A DNA stretch of 64,000 bases from Eubacteriales bacterium (GCA_045595785.1 JAZOBE010000015.1:6989-70988); one strand, 5' to 3'. Counted from the first letter of the stretch, positions 8,797 to 18,460 are shown. Notes: generated by a model not told the origin, from the letters alone. A program made the numbers and translations.

Positions 8797-10667
8797 GAAT
8801 TCTGAATAATAACGGTATTACCGAAACCGATATTTCGGATACCAAAAAAATGTCTCATATTATAAGACACCGCGGCCCCGACCTTGATAACGGTCATACG
8901 GGGGACAAGGTGTGCTTCGGCTTCCGCCGTCTTTCCATTATAGATCTTGAGGGCGGTACACAGCCCTACGTTTCACCTGACGGACGCTATTCCTGCGTTT
9001 ATAACGGTGAGGTATATAATTATCTTGAACTGCGCAACGAGCTGCTTGCCAAGGGTGAAAAATTTGAATCCAATTCTGAGATAGAGGTAATGGTTCGTTT
9101 GTACTCTCTGTATGGCGAAAGCTTTATTTCCCGTCTCCGCGGTATGTTTGCGTTTCTTATTTACGACCGTGATACAGGCACTCTTATGGCAGGCAGAGAC
9201 CCGTTTGGTATAAAGCCTCTGTATTTCCGTGTGGAAAAGGACCGTACCGTCTTCGCCAGTGAGATGAAAGCGTTTTTCGGTGACAGCGAGTACGAGGGCT
9301 TTTCTGTTGATAACGCTTTATTACAGCACTATTTTTCCTTCCAGTTCGTGCCTGAGCCTGATACTGTGGGCGGTGATATAAAAAGCGTGCCCAAGGGCTC
9401 GTATATGCTTATAAACGGCGACAAGCGCGAGACATTTTCTTATTGGAAACCCGTCTTTTCCCCTGACCGTACCGGAACTTATGACAGTCGTAAAAAAGCT
9501 CTCCGCGAGGCGGTGGAGGAATCTGTGCGTTACCATATGCTGGCAGACGTTCCTGTGGGAAGCTTTCTTTCCTCAGGCGTGGATTCTGCAATTATTACCG
9601 CCGTTGCATCCAAGCTTCAGCCGGGTATAAAGGCGTTTACCGTTGGTTTTGACGTTAAGGGCTTTTCCGAAATAGAGGACGCTTGCGAAATATCCAAGCA
9701 TCTGGATATTGACCATATTACGCTCCGTGCAACTGTTGAGGATTTCAAAGCAGCCTTTGAAAAAACCATATACCACTTGGATTCTCCCGTGGCAGACCCG
9801 TCCGTGGTTGCTATTTATCTTATTTCCCAAGAAGCGTCAAAGCACGTAAAAACCATTCTTTCGGGTGAGGGAAGTGATGAATTGTTCGGCGGCTACCGTC
9901 AGTATGCTACCGCCGCTCCCAGTGCGCGAATGAATTCTCTGCCCCAATTTATAAAGAGTTTTCTTTTGTTTATCGCAAACCTTATGCCAGACGGTATGAA
10001 GGGCAAGGGGTACATCACACGCGGTTGCGTTCCCATTGAAAAGCGCTTTGTGGGCGGCTCGTTCATCTTTACTGAACAGCAGAAATCTCACTTCCTTCGC
10101 ACCTTTGATAAGGACGTGCACTTTACTCAGCGCACGGAGCATATTTTTGCATCTGCCGCAGGATATACTCCTCTCCAGAAGATGCAGCATTGTGATCTAA
10201 ACTGTTGGCTCCCCTCGGATATTCTTGTTAAGGGCGACCGTCTTTCTATGGCTCATTCCCTTGAAGCGCGTGTTCCCTTCCTTGATAAAGAGGTGTTCAA
10301 GGCGGCGAGAGTATTGCTTGATAGTGATAAAATATCTCACGGCACCACAAAATATATCCTGCGCGATACTTTTTCGGATCTGCTTAACAGCGAAACGGTA
10401 GTACGCCCCAAGAAGGGTTATCCCGTTCCCGTCCGCGTGTGGCTGAAGGATGAACTGTTTGATTGGGCAAAGGATATTCTTGTAAACAACCCCGCACCTC
10501 AGTTTATAGATGAAAAATATATTATAGAGCTTCTTGAAAAGCACGCTTCCGGCAAGGGAGATTATTACCGTCAGATATGGGCAGTCATCGCCTTTATGAC
10601 ATGGTACAGATTATACGTTACCGAAGCGGACAAGACAAAAGACAGAATAATTCTTGGCGAGTTTTAA
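8781..10667 (+). CDS. asnB: Asparagine synthase (glutamine-hydrolysing) family amidotransferase AsnB
   Basis: N-terminal MCG nucleophile, HRGPD, RRLSIID, NGEVYN, RDPFGIKPL, LSSGVDS, SGEGSDELFGGY, EARVPFLD. Confidence 0.95.
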   Translation: MCGFIGILNNNGITETDISDTKKMSHIIRHRGPDLDNGHTGDKVCFGFRRLSIIDLEGGTQPYVSPDGRYSCVYNGEVYNYLELRNELLAKGEKFESNSEIEVMVRLYSLYGESFISRLRGMFAFLIYDRDTGTLMAGRDPFGIKPLYFRVEKDRTVFASEMKAFFGDSEYEGFSVDNALLQHYFSFQFVPEPDTVGGDIKSVPKGSYMLINGDKRETFSYWKPVFSPDRTGTYDSRKKALREAVEESVRYHMLADVPVGSFLSSGVDSAIITAVASKLQPGIKAFTVGFDVKGFSEIEDACEISKHLDIDHITLRATVEDFKAAFEKTIYHLDSPVADPSVVAIYLISQEASKHVKTILSGEGSDELFGGYRQYATAAPSARMNSLPQFIKSFLLFIANLMPDGMKGKGYITRGCVPIEKRFVGGSFIFTEQQKSHFLRTFDKDVHFTQRTEHIFASAAGYTPLQKMQHCDLNCWLPSDILVKGDRLSMAHSLEARVPFLDKEVFKAARVLLDSDKISHGTTKYILRDTFSDLLNSETVVRPKKGYPVPVRVWLKDELFDWAKDILVNNPAPQFIDEKYIIELLEKHASGKGDYYRQIWAVIAFMTWYRLYVTEADKTKDRIILGEF

Positions 10668-10687
10668 GAGAAAAAACAAATAACGTT

Positions 10688-10725
10688 AAAAAGCAGGTCC
10701 TTTTTTATAAAAGAGCCTGCTTTTT
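10688..10725 (+). terminator. Intrinsic terminator after asnB
   Basis: AAAAAGCAGG...CCTGCTTTTT inverted repeat. Confidence 0.7.
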
Positions 10726-10755
10726 GTATTGTCTGCCGCAAAAACGGACATAATA
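10726..10755 (+). promoter_or_regulatory. Putative sigmaF/sigmaG-type promoter upstream of spoIIAA
   Basis: GTATT-15 nt-GGACATAAT (equivalently GTATT-18 nt-CATAATA) resembles the forespore sigma consensus. Confidence 0.45.
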
Positions 10756-10801
10756 TGCGTATACCATATAGTATTATATGTATGCACAGGAGGTAAAAAA
10801 T

Positions 10802-11122
10802 ATGTATATCGATTACAAATTAAAGGGCAACACGCTTACCGCATCCCTCCACGGGGAGATAGACCATCACTCTGCTGTAATGGCTCGTAATGAAATAGAC
10901 TCCGAGATAGACCGTGTAAAGGCACAGGGACTTGCGCTGGACCTTTCGGACATTTCCTTTTGCGATTCGTCGGGGCTTGGTCTGGTAATGGGAAGACTTA
11001 AAAAAATGCGCTCGTCCGGCGGAAGCGCGGTGGTGGTAAACCCGTCCGAGCGAGTGGAAAAGGTGCTTCGTTTGGCTGGGATAGATACTCTTATGCCCAT
11101 TAAAAAGGAGGAAAGAAAATGA
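10802..11122 (+). CDS. spoIIAA: Anti-sigmaF antagonist SpoIIAA
   Basis: GEIDHHSA and FCDSSGLG (STAS domain with phospho-Ser). AGGAGG RBS precedes ATG 10802. Confidence 0.95.
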   Translation: MYIDYKLKGNTLTASLHGEIDHHSAVMARNEIDSEIDRVKAQGLALDLSDISFCDSSGLGLVMGRLKKMRSSGGSAVVVNPSERVEKVLRLAGIDTLMPIKKEERK

Positions 11123-11562
11123 AGGAAAACCCCATAAACCGTTTCAAGGCGGAATTTCCCGCAAAAAGCATAAACGAAGGCTATGCCCGTATGGTGGCGG
11201 CGGCATTCGTATCCCAGCTTGACCCCACCGTTGCAGACCTTGCAGATATAAAGACGGCTGTAAGCGAAGCGGTCACCAACTGTATAGTTCACGCATATCG
11301 TGATGCATCCGGGTATTGTCCCGTATACATAACGGGCGTGTATTACGCCGACGGACGCACGGTGATAACGGTACGGGATAAAGGTTGCGGCATTCCCGAT
11401 ATAAATCAGGCGCTTACTCCATTGTATACCTCTGATCCTGCGGGGGAACGAAGCGGAATGGGCTTTACGATAATGGAAAGCTTTTGTGATAAAATGACCG
11501 TGTCTTCTCGTGTGGGAAAGGGGACTACCGTACGGCTGGTGAAGAAAATTGTTCGTCCGTAA
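11119..11562 (+). CDS. spoIIAB: Anti-sigmaF factor SpoIIAB (kinase)
   Basis: NEGYAR, DIKTAVSEAVTNCIVHAY, DKGCGI, ERSGMGFTIMESF. Confidence 0.96.
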   Translation: MKENPINRFKAEFPAKSINEGYARMVAAAFVSQLDPTVADLADIKTAVSEAVTNCIVHAYRDASGYCPVYITGVYYADGRTVITVRDKGCGIPDINQALTPLYTSDPAGERSGMGFTIMESFCDKMTVSSRVGKGTTVRLVKKIVRP

Positions 11563-12253
11563 TCCAAATACCGTCGAGCTTATCCTGGCGGCACAAAAGG
11601 GAGACGAGCAGGCTTTGGATATTCTTGTAAGAGAGAATATGGGCTTGGTGAAGTCCATCGCTTTCCGATTTCGAGACAGATGCGAGACAGATGACCTTAT
11701 CCAGCTTGGTGTCATAGGGCTTATAAAAGCCATACGAGGCTTTTCTCCCGAAAAGGAGACGGTTCTGTCTACCTATGCGGTTCCTCTCATTACGGGGGAA
11801 ATAAAACGGTTTCTGCGTGATGACGGCACTGTTAAAGTATCCCGCGAGCTGAAAAAGCGCGGACGCATAGTACTTAAAATGCGGGAAAGCATTATTGCGG
11901 AAACAGGTGAAGAGCCAACACTTAAGGTTTTGGCGGAAAAATGCTCTCTTTCCGAGGAGCAAACTCTCGAAGCTCTCGACTGTGCTTTGCCCGTAATGTC
12001 CTTTTCCGCGCCTGCAGGGGAAAAGACTCTTGAGGAATATATAGGAGAGGATCACGTTGAGCCTCTGACCGAAAGTATTGCTTTAAGACAAGCTGTAAGC
12101 CGACTTCCGCCGGAGGAGCGCACCTTGGTGGATTGCCGCTTTTACCGCGGTATGTCCCAACAGCAGACCGGCGTGCTTCTGGGATGTACCCAAGTAAAAA
12201 TATCCCGTATGGAAAAAAGGATAATGGAAAAATTAAGACAACAGCTGGAATAA
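11549..12253 (+). CDS. sigF: Sporulation sigma factor SigF
   Basis: ENMGLVKSIA, DDLIQLGVIGLIKA, STYAVPLITGEIKRFLRDDG, QVKISRMEK. Third gene of spoIIA; start codon uncertain. Confidence 0.9.
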   Translation: MFVRNPNTVELILAAQKGDEQALDILVRENMGLVKSIAFRFRDRCETDDLIQLGVIGLIKAIRGFSPEKETVLSTYAVPLITGEIKRFLRDDGTVKVSRELKKRGRIVLKMRESIIAETGEEPTLKVLAEKCSLSEEQTLEALDCALPVMSFSAPAGEKTLEEYIGEDHVEPLTESIALRQAVSRLPPEERTLVDCRFYRGMSQQQTGVLLGCTQVKISRMEKRIMEKLRQQLE

Positions 12254-12403
12254 AAAACGCCCGAGCATATGCGTTATGTCCTAAAGGACAGTTTTTGTTA
12301 TGATATAGCAGATAGACAAACGATTACAATCAGGAACTCGCACAAATGCGCGCTTACTCACCACCAACGGTGGTTGCGCCATGAAGAATATAAACATTTA
12401 ACC

Positions 12404-12432
12404 GCCGAGAGCAACCAAACGATGCTCTCGGC
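12404..12432. terminator. Hairpin terminator between convergent sigF and ECF genes
   Basis: GCCGAGAGCA-9 nt-TGCTCTCGGC. Confidence 0.6.
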
Positions 12433-12440
12433 ATATTTTA

Positions 12441-14165
12441 TTACTTTTGAATAATAATCGTTGTTAGCGACTTCTTCTGATCTTCCGTGGGTTCTTTTAA
12501 TTTACCGTTGGCAATCAAGGTTTTAATACAGTGCAGTATAAACCACCCATCACTATAAAAAGTATATTGGAGACCGTATTTTTTCATGGTTTGCAACTGT
12601 TTCGGGGTTTCTTTAAGAATTGCATCGACATACGCTTTTTTCAAATTTTCAAACTCGGTCCGATGCTTTTCTTTTATATGGTCACCGATCTCTATAAGCT
12701 GTCTGTTTATTTCTGCATCAGAAAGACAGAGGCAGCGGAATTTAATTTTATAGTCTCCCAAATCTTCACTGGAAATAAAACTGTCGCCAAATCCTGCGCT
12801 GACATCACTCAGCAATCCACGTTCCCGTGTCAGCACTGAAATATATCCTCTTTCACAAAGATACGCATAGCCTTCAGGGGATAAAGTATCACCATTCAAA
12901 TAAATATTTAACAACGACAAATCATGATGGATGGTTCTCTGATAATCCTCATCGACACGTTTTTTCGACCATTCGGAATCAATCGTCCATACCTTGAATT
13001 TTTCACCAAAACCATTCCAACAAGGGCCGCAAAAACGTTTTATACTATCAAAGTACATCGGAGATGCAACATCGTGCGGAATAATCGAAGCATAACAAAT
13101 ATTCTCCCCACCATCCGGTCGTGTGGTAGCGGCCTCCTCAAATGTTGTGCTCTCATCCATCAATTCACTGCCGCTCATAGCTGCAATGTACGGGATGAGT
13201 GCCCACAACATAAAGTTTTTGTCCTTAGGCGGATCATAAGTAAAGCTAAATGGTTCCGTCGCACCTCCCCATATTCTGCCATCATCCAATATTCCTGAAT
13301 TCATCAGTTCATCAAACAATTCATTCGAAAATATGTCTGCTACCTTAAAATACATCTGATCGTGTAAATGATTAAGTTCGGTTGTGCTTTCCTCAAGCAG
13401 TATGTTGCAAAGATATTTGTCACCGATTTTAGTTAATAGTCCATATTCTTCAAGGCGTTCGACTTCATTTTCCACATATACGGGAGAAACTCCCAGTTCT
13501 TCTGCAATTTCATTGACTGTTTTGGCTTCTTTCAAAACTGCATATTCAATATTCTGCGCAATAAGGGAATCGAAAAATTTTGCGGGAGAGCCTTTCGTAC
13601 CGACAGAACCGCTGAAACCGCACAAGTCAAATTTTATCGGATTAAATTTCAGTTCACTTGTTTTTCTCATAGTATCCATACCTCGTTTTAATTCTTTTTT
13701 CGCTTCAAACAAGTGCCACTTGACTGTGCCGAGAGGAATATCAAGATCTTTAGCGATATCGGCTTGTTTACTGTTCTCAAAATAGTATGCAATCACGATT
13801 TTGCGTTGGAGCTTTGAAAGATATGCGATTTCACCTTGCAATTTGCGAATGGTATCGGCATTGTCGTCGTCACCAAAAACGGAATCGGGATTGGCAATGA
13901 TCTCTGATACCTCATCAATAGATACACCTATCACGCTTTTAGCGGTATCTCTGTAGTAATTGCTGAGCGAATTATGGGCAATCGTCCAAATAAATTTGCT
14001 AACGTCTCCAATATCGTCTTTAATCAAAAGCGCACGGAACGCTTTGAGCACGATATCCTGCGATAGATCTTCCGCATCGTGTGCATTTTTACACCGTTTT
14101 AATGCAAAGCCGAATATGGGCTTGAGATATTCAGTTATAATTTTTTCAGCGTCTTGTCTGTTCAC
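12441..14165 (-). CDS. ECF-type sigma-70 factor with a second winged-HTH and a long C-terminal extension
   Basis: Region 2 (DAEDLSQDI...FIWTIAHN) and region 4 (QADIAKDLDIPLGTVKWHLFEAK), then TVNEIAEELGVSPVYVENEVERLEEYGLL and about 330 further residues. GAGG RBS with GTG start. Confidence 0.88.
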   Translation of the reverse strand: MNRQDAEKIITEYLKPIFGFALKRCKNAHDAEDLSQDIVLKAFRALLIKDDIGDVSKFIWTIAHNSLSNYYRDTAKSVIGVSIDEVSEIIANPDSVFGDDDNADTIRKLQGEIAYLSKLQRKIVIAYYFENSKQADIAKDLDIPLGTVKWHLFEAKKELKRGMDTMRKTSELKFNPIKFDLCGFSGSVGTKGSPAKFFDSLIAQNIEYAVLKEAKTVNEIAEELGVSPVYVENEVERLEEYGLLTKIGDKYLCNILLEESTTELNHLHDQMYFKVADIFSNELFDELMNSGILDDGRIWGGATEPFSFTYDPPKDKNFMLWALIPYIAAMSGSELMDESTTFEEAATTRPDGGENICYASIIPHDVASPMYFDSIKRFCGPCWNGFGEKFKVWTIDSEWSKKRVDEDYQRTIHHDLSLLNIYLNGDTLSPEGYAYLCERGYISVLTRERGLLSDVSAGFGDSFISSEDLGDYKIKFRCLCLSDAEINRQLIEIGDHIKEKHRTEFENLKKAYVDAILKETPKQLQTMKKYGLQYTFYSDGWFILHCIKTLIANGKLKEPTEDQKKSLTTIIIQK

Positions 14166-14197
14166 TTGTTTGTACCTCGTTGAAAGCTTTCACCCAT

Positions 14198-14224
14198 ATA
14201 GACACGGATTCTCCAAAAGGTTGG
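14198..14224 (-). promoter_or_regulatory. Putative ECF-dependent autoregulatory promoter
   Basis: ccAAC-16 nt-GTCTAT on the minus strand, about 33 nt upstream of the ECF start. Confidence 0.6.
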
Positions 14225-14308
14225 AACTTTTTTATAATTATATCATAAATTTGTGAATTGGTCTACGTAAAAAGTACTTGTGTCTGCATAAGCAGTGCTT
14301 GTAAAGAA

Positions 14309-14342
14309 AAAAGGACGAAGAATTTTGGGTTCTTCGTCCTTT
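14309..14342 (-). terminator. Intrinsic terminator after the cyclophilin gene
   Basis: AAAGGACGAAGAA...TTCTTCGTCCTTT with a U-tract on the minus strand. Confidence 0.75.
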
Positions 14343-14410
14343 CCTATCGGTAAGCAACATATTCTTAAAACTGTACTTAAGAACACGCACCATATCGGGC
14401 GTTTTTGTTA

Positions 14411-15109
14411 TTATTTCTTTTCTTCCGTGCGTATTTTTATGCTTTTGATAATAGGCTGGTCATCAGGATCGGTAGCGCCGTTATATCCTTGGGGCACGGT
14501 TTCGCATATTTCGTCTACTACTTCCATACCGCTTATAACATGTCCGAAAGCAGCGTACTTTCCGTCAAGGCTTTCAGTGCTGTCCTCGTGCACGATAAAG
14601 AACTGACAGCTTGCGCTGTTGTAAGCCTCTGCACGTGCCATAGAGATAACGCCTCTTACGTGGGAAATGGGGTTATCAAAACCGTTTTCGGCAAATTCGC
14701 CTTCAACAGTTTTGCCTGCGTTACCGGTGCTGTCTCCGTTAGGGTCGCCGCCCTGAATCATAAATCCTTCCATAATGCGGTGAAATGTAAGTCCATCATA
14801 AAAACCGCTTTGTGCAAGGGATATAAAATTGCTTACAGTCTTGGGTGCGGCGCTTTGGTCAAGCTTTACGGTAATGGTGCCGTAATCCTTAACTTCAATA
14901 TCCGCATAATAGGTAAGGTCGGGGTCTGCTTCCACGTAGGTCACAACGATATCGCTTCTGTCGGGCTGTTCCTCATCGCAGGAAGTAACGCCTACAATAA
15001 TTCCTATAAGCAACGCGACACATAGCGCGGCAATAACACAGTAGGTTATTATTTTCTTTCGCTGCTCGGCCTTTCTTTGCTGTGCGGCATACTTGCTTTT
15101 CTTAGACAT
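14411..15109 (-). CDS. Membrane-anchored cyclophilin-type peptidyl-prolyl isomerase
   Basis: GFYDGLTFHRIMEGFMIQGGDP, GVISMAR, QFFI, LDGKYAAFG. N-terminal TM segment ending in VTSC. Confidence 0.93.
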   Translation of the reverse strand: MSKKSKYAAQQRKAEQRKKIITYCVIAALCVALLIGIIVGVTSCDEEQPDRSDIVVTYVEADPDLTYYADIEVKDYGTITVKLDQSAAPKTVSNFISLAQSGFYDGLTFHRIMEGFMIQGGDPNGDSTGNAGKTVEGEFAENGFDNPISHVRGVISMARAEAYNSASCQFFIVHEDSTESLDGKYAAFGHVISGMEVVDEICETVPQGYNGATDPDDQPIIKSIKIRTEEKK

Positions 15110-15153
15110 ATATTAATTCCTTTCAAGCGAATTGTTTTTTGGGGTGCTTTTTT

Positions 15154-15984
15154 CTAATTCAATTCTTTATATATTTCGTTTTTTGGCACGCCTCTGTCCT
15201 TTGCCACAGCCTTTGTGGCATCCATCTTGGAAAGACCGAGGTTAACATAATGCTCAAAATGCTGCTCTACCGTCATATCAGACCAGAACATATCGCTTTC
15301 ATCGGCTTCGTATCCGTGAACGATAAGCACAAATTCACCCTTGGGATTGATCTCGCCGCTTGCAAAGCCTTCCTTTATCTCTGAAAGGGTGAGGGAAAAA
15401 TACTTTTCGTTCAGCTTTGTAATTTCCTTTGCCAGCACTGCCTCTCTGTCACCGAAGAAGCTAATAAGGTCGGTAAGGTCTTTTTCGGTATCGTGAGGGG
15501 AGACGTGGAATATCATAGTTCTCGTATCCTTGCAGACCGAGCGCAGATATTCTTCTCTTTCCTTGTTGGACTGGGGCAAAAATCCCTCAAAAGAGAAGCG
15601 TCGGGACGGCATTCCGCTTGCAGAAAGTGCGGTTATTGCGGCGCAGGGACCGGGCAAAGCAATTACGTTTATGCCTGCCTTGCGGCATTTTCGCACCAGA
15701 TCCTCACCGGGATCGGACACTGCAGGTGTACCTGCATCGGTAACCAAAGCGCAGTCCTCACCGTCAAGAATACGGTTAACAATAGCCTTTCCGCTTTTTT
15801 CCTTGTTGTGCTCGTGGTAGCTTACCAGATTGGAATGAATATTCAAAAGCTGTAAAAGCCTGCCGCTTACACGGGTATCCTCCGCCGCCACAAAATGTAC
15901 TTTTTCAAGCACCTCTTTTGCCCGTGCGGTGATATCGTTCATATTTCCGATAGGGGTGGGGACAACGTAAAGTGTTCCTGCCAT
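15154..15984 (-). CDS. rsmI: 16S rRNA C1402 2'-O-methyltransferase RsmI
   Basis: LYVVPTPIGN, AAEDTR, TDAGTPAVSDPG, FEGFLP, KEITKLNE, KGEFVL. ATG 15984 chosen for its RBS. Confidence 0.95.
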   Translation of the reverse strand: MAGTLYVVPTPIGNMNDITARAKEVLEKVHFVAAEDTRVSGRLLQLLNIHSNLVSYHEHNKEKSGKAIVNRILDGEDCALVTDAGTPAVSDPGEDLVRKCRKAGINVIALPGPCAAITALSASGMPSRRFSFEGFLPQSNKEREEYLRSVCKDTRTMIFHVSPHDTEKDLTDLISFFGDREAVLAKEITKLNEKYFSLTLSEIKEGFASGEINPKGEFVLIVHGYEADESDMFWSDMTVEQHFEHYVNLGLSKMDATKAVAKDRGVPKNEIYKELN

Positions 15985-15985
15985 G

Positions 15986-18460
15986 TTATTCTCCCTTTGC
16001 TTCAAACCAATTTTTGCCTATATGGGCGTCAACAGACATGGGTACTGCCAGATTGCAGGCGCTTTCCATACAGGAAATCAGAATTTTCTTTGCCTTCTCC
16101 GCGTCCTTTTCTGCGGCTTCAACAATAAGCTCATCGTGTACCTGCAGAATAAGGCGTGCATCAATACCGCTGTCTTCAAGGGCTTTTTCGGTTTTAACCA
16201 TTGCAATTTTAATAATATCCGCCGCCGTGCCCTGAATAGGTGTGTTCATCGCCACACGTTCTCCAAAGGCGCGCACGGTGGCTTTAGGAGATCGCAATTC
16301 GGGTACGTATCTTCTTCTGCCGAACAGAGTGGTAACGTAACCCGTGTCCTTTGCCTGCTCCTTGCAATTATCAAGATATTCCTTTATCTTTGGATATCTT
16401 GCAAAATAGGTCTTGATATATTCATCCGCTTCCTTGCGGGTAACACCGATATCGTCAGCCAGAGAAAATGCAGAAATACCGTAAACTATTCCGAAGTTTA
16501 CCGCTTTTGCGTGCTTTCTCATTGCGGGAGTAACGATATTCACGGGTATTCCGAACACCTCGGATGCGGTCAGCGTATGGATATCCTCGCCGGAGACAAA
16601 GGCTTGTATCAGCTTCTCGTCGCCGGATACTGCAGCAAGGACACGAAGCTCTATCTGTGAATAATCGGCATCAACCAACACCTTTCCTTCAGGTGCGGTA
16701 AAGAATCTGCGCATCTCTCTGCCAAGCTCTGTGCGAACGGGAATGTTTTGTAAATTGGGCTCAACGGAAGAAAGTCTGCCCGTCTGGGTAAGGGTCTGCC
16801 TGAAGGTCGTGTGAATTCGTCCGTCTGCAGGATTAATTACAGACAGCATACCGTCCGTGTAGGTTCCTTTAAGCTTTGCAAGAGTACGGTAATGAAGCAC
16901 GTAATCCACTATCTCGTGGCGGTCTTTTAGCTTTTCCAGCACCTCTGCGTCGGTAGAATATCCGTTTTTGTTTTTCTTGTTTTTGGGTGCGGGAAGACCC
17001 AATACCTCAAACAGAATGTGTCCAAGCTGTTTGGGAGAATTGATGTTAAATTCCTCACCTGCACAGAAATATATGGAGTTTTCAAGCTCACTTATATTCT
17101 GCGCCAGAAATTCGCCAAACTGTTTTATACCATCCTCATCAACGCAAAAGCCCCGTTTTTCCATGTTGTATAAAACCTTTGCGAGAGGAAACTCGGTCTC
17201 CTTGTAAAGAGGTATCTGATCCTGCTCTTCCAAAACAGAATATACTTTTTCTTTTAACCGAGGCAGGCATGCAAGGGGATCGGGCACAGTGTCTGCACCC
17301 AGATATGCCGTTGCGGCCTTTGCCACTGTCATACCGCTGTCTGCAGGGGAGGCGGTATAGCACATCAGCGAAATATCATCTGCAAAATCTGTGTAGTCAA
17401 CGCCAAGCCCGTCCAGCAGGTGCATAGTGTCCTTTACAGACCAAGCAGAAACGTTTTTAAGCTTTTTAATATCCTTGGGGTCGAGAATAATATAATTCTC
17501 TCCGTCAGTAGCATAAAGGCTTTCGCCGCGTACTTCAACGTATACGCGTTCATTCAAGTCTTCAGCCTTTCCCTCCGCGAATACCGCTTTAGGCAGGTCC
17601 TGCCCTTTGCGGGTAAGTGACATACGTTCTATAAGCGAAGTAAACTCAAGCTCGGTAAACAGGTCAATAAGACTGTTCTCGTCCTTGCCGGAGTAAACGT
17701 AATTTTCAAGATTTGTGTCAATAGGCGCATCAAGACGAATGGTGGCAAGAAAACGGCTTTCGTATGCACTGTCCTTGCCCTCAATAATCTTTTTGCCGGT
17801 AGAGCCGGATATTTTATCGGTGTTTTCGTAAATACCGTCAAGGGTGCCAAACTCTTTCAGCAGCTTTACTGCGCCCTTTTCACCAATACCGGGGACGCCC
17901 TTGATATTATCCGAGCTGTCACCCATAAGCGCCTTCAGATCGATAAGCTTTTCGGGGGGAATACCGTATTTTTGGGTAACCGCGTCGGTATCCATTATCT
18001 GCGTTTCGTTGGTAGATGCAAGGTATACCACCGTTCCGTCGCCTACAAGCTGAAGACTGTCTCTGTCTCCCGTAACGATAACGCATTCAACCGCACTGTT
18101 TTTTGCTGCTTGGGAAAGTGTACCCAAAACGTCGTCTGCCTCAAAGCCTTCGCAGGTAGTTATCTTTAATCCCAGACCTGCAGCGGCACGGTATGCATAA
18201 GGCATCTGCTGTGCCAGATCGTCAGGCATACCCTTTCTGTTTGCTTTGTAGCTGTCCACCGCCTTGTGACGAAAGGTTTTTACAGGTAGATCGAAAGATA
18301 TGGCGGCGTAATCCGGTTGGACCGCCGCCATATTTTTCTCTATTATATTTATAAATCCGAGTACCGCGTTGGTGGGAATACCGCTTTTTGTGGTAAGCGG
18401 ACGTATTCCGTAATAAGCGCGGTTGAGTATGCTGTTTCCGTCAAAGACGATAAACTTCAT
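15986..18460 (-). CDS. polA: DNA polymerase I (short, degenerate 3'-5' exonuclease region)
   Basis: DGNS...RAYY, EADD, GDSSDNIKGVPGIG, TGRLSS.EPNLQNIP, DYSQIELR, AKAVNFGIVYG, LQVHDEL. Confidence 0.97.
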   Translation of the reverse strand: MKFIVFDGNSILNRAYYGIRPLTTKSGIPTNAVLGFINIIEKNMAAVQPDYAAISFDLPVKTFRHKAVDSYKANRKGMPDDLAQQMPYAYRAAAGLGLKITTCEGFEADDVLGTLSQAAKNSAVECVIVTGDRDSLQLVGDGTVVYLASTNETQIMDTDAVTQKYGIPPEKLIDLKALMGDSSDNIKGVPGIGEKGAVKLLKEFGTLDGIYENTDKISGSTGKKIIEGKDSAYESRFLATIRLDAPIDTNLENYVYSGKDENSLIDLFTELEFTSLIERMSLTRKGQDLPKAVFAEGKAEDLNERVYVEVRGESLYATDGENYIILDPKDIKKLKNVSAWSVKDTMHLLDGLGVDYTDFADDISLMCYTASPADSGMTVAKAATAYLGADTVPDPLACLPRLKEKVYSVLEEQDQIPLYKETEFPLAKVLYNMEKRGFCVDEDGIKQFGEFLAQNISELENSIYFCAGEEFNINSPKQLGHILFEVLGLPAPKNKKNKNGYSTDAEVLEKLKDRHEIVDYVLHYRTLAKLKGTYTDGMLSVINPADGRIHTTFRQTLTQTGRLSSVEPNLQNIPVRTELGREMRRFFTAPEGKVLVDADYSQIELRVLAAVSGDEKLIQAFVSGEDIHTLTASEVFGIPVNIVTPAMRKHAKAVNFGIVYGISAFSLADDIGVTRKEADEYIKTYFARYPKIKEYLDNCKEQAKDTGYVTTLFGRRRYVPELRSPKATVRAFGERVAMNTPIQGTAADIIKIAMVKTEKALEDSGIDARLILQVHDELIVEAAEKDAEKAKKILISCMESACNLAVPMSVDAHIGKNWFEAKGE

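Noticed and set aside
12269-12454. 61-aa ORF after sigF
   Set aside because: No RBS, runs through the terminator hairpin and overlaps the convergent ECF stop.
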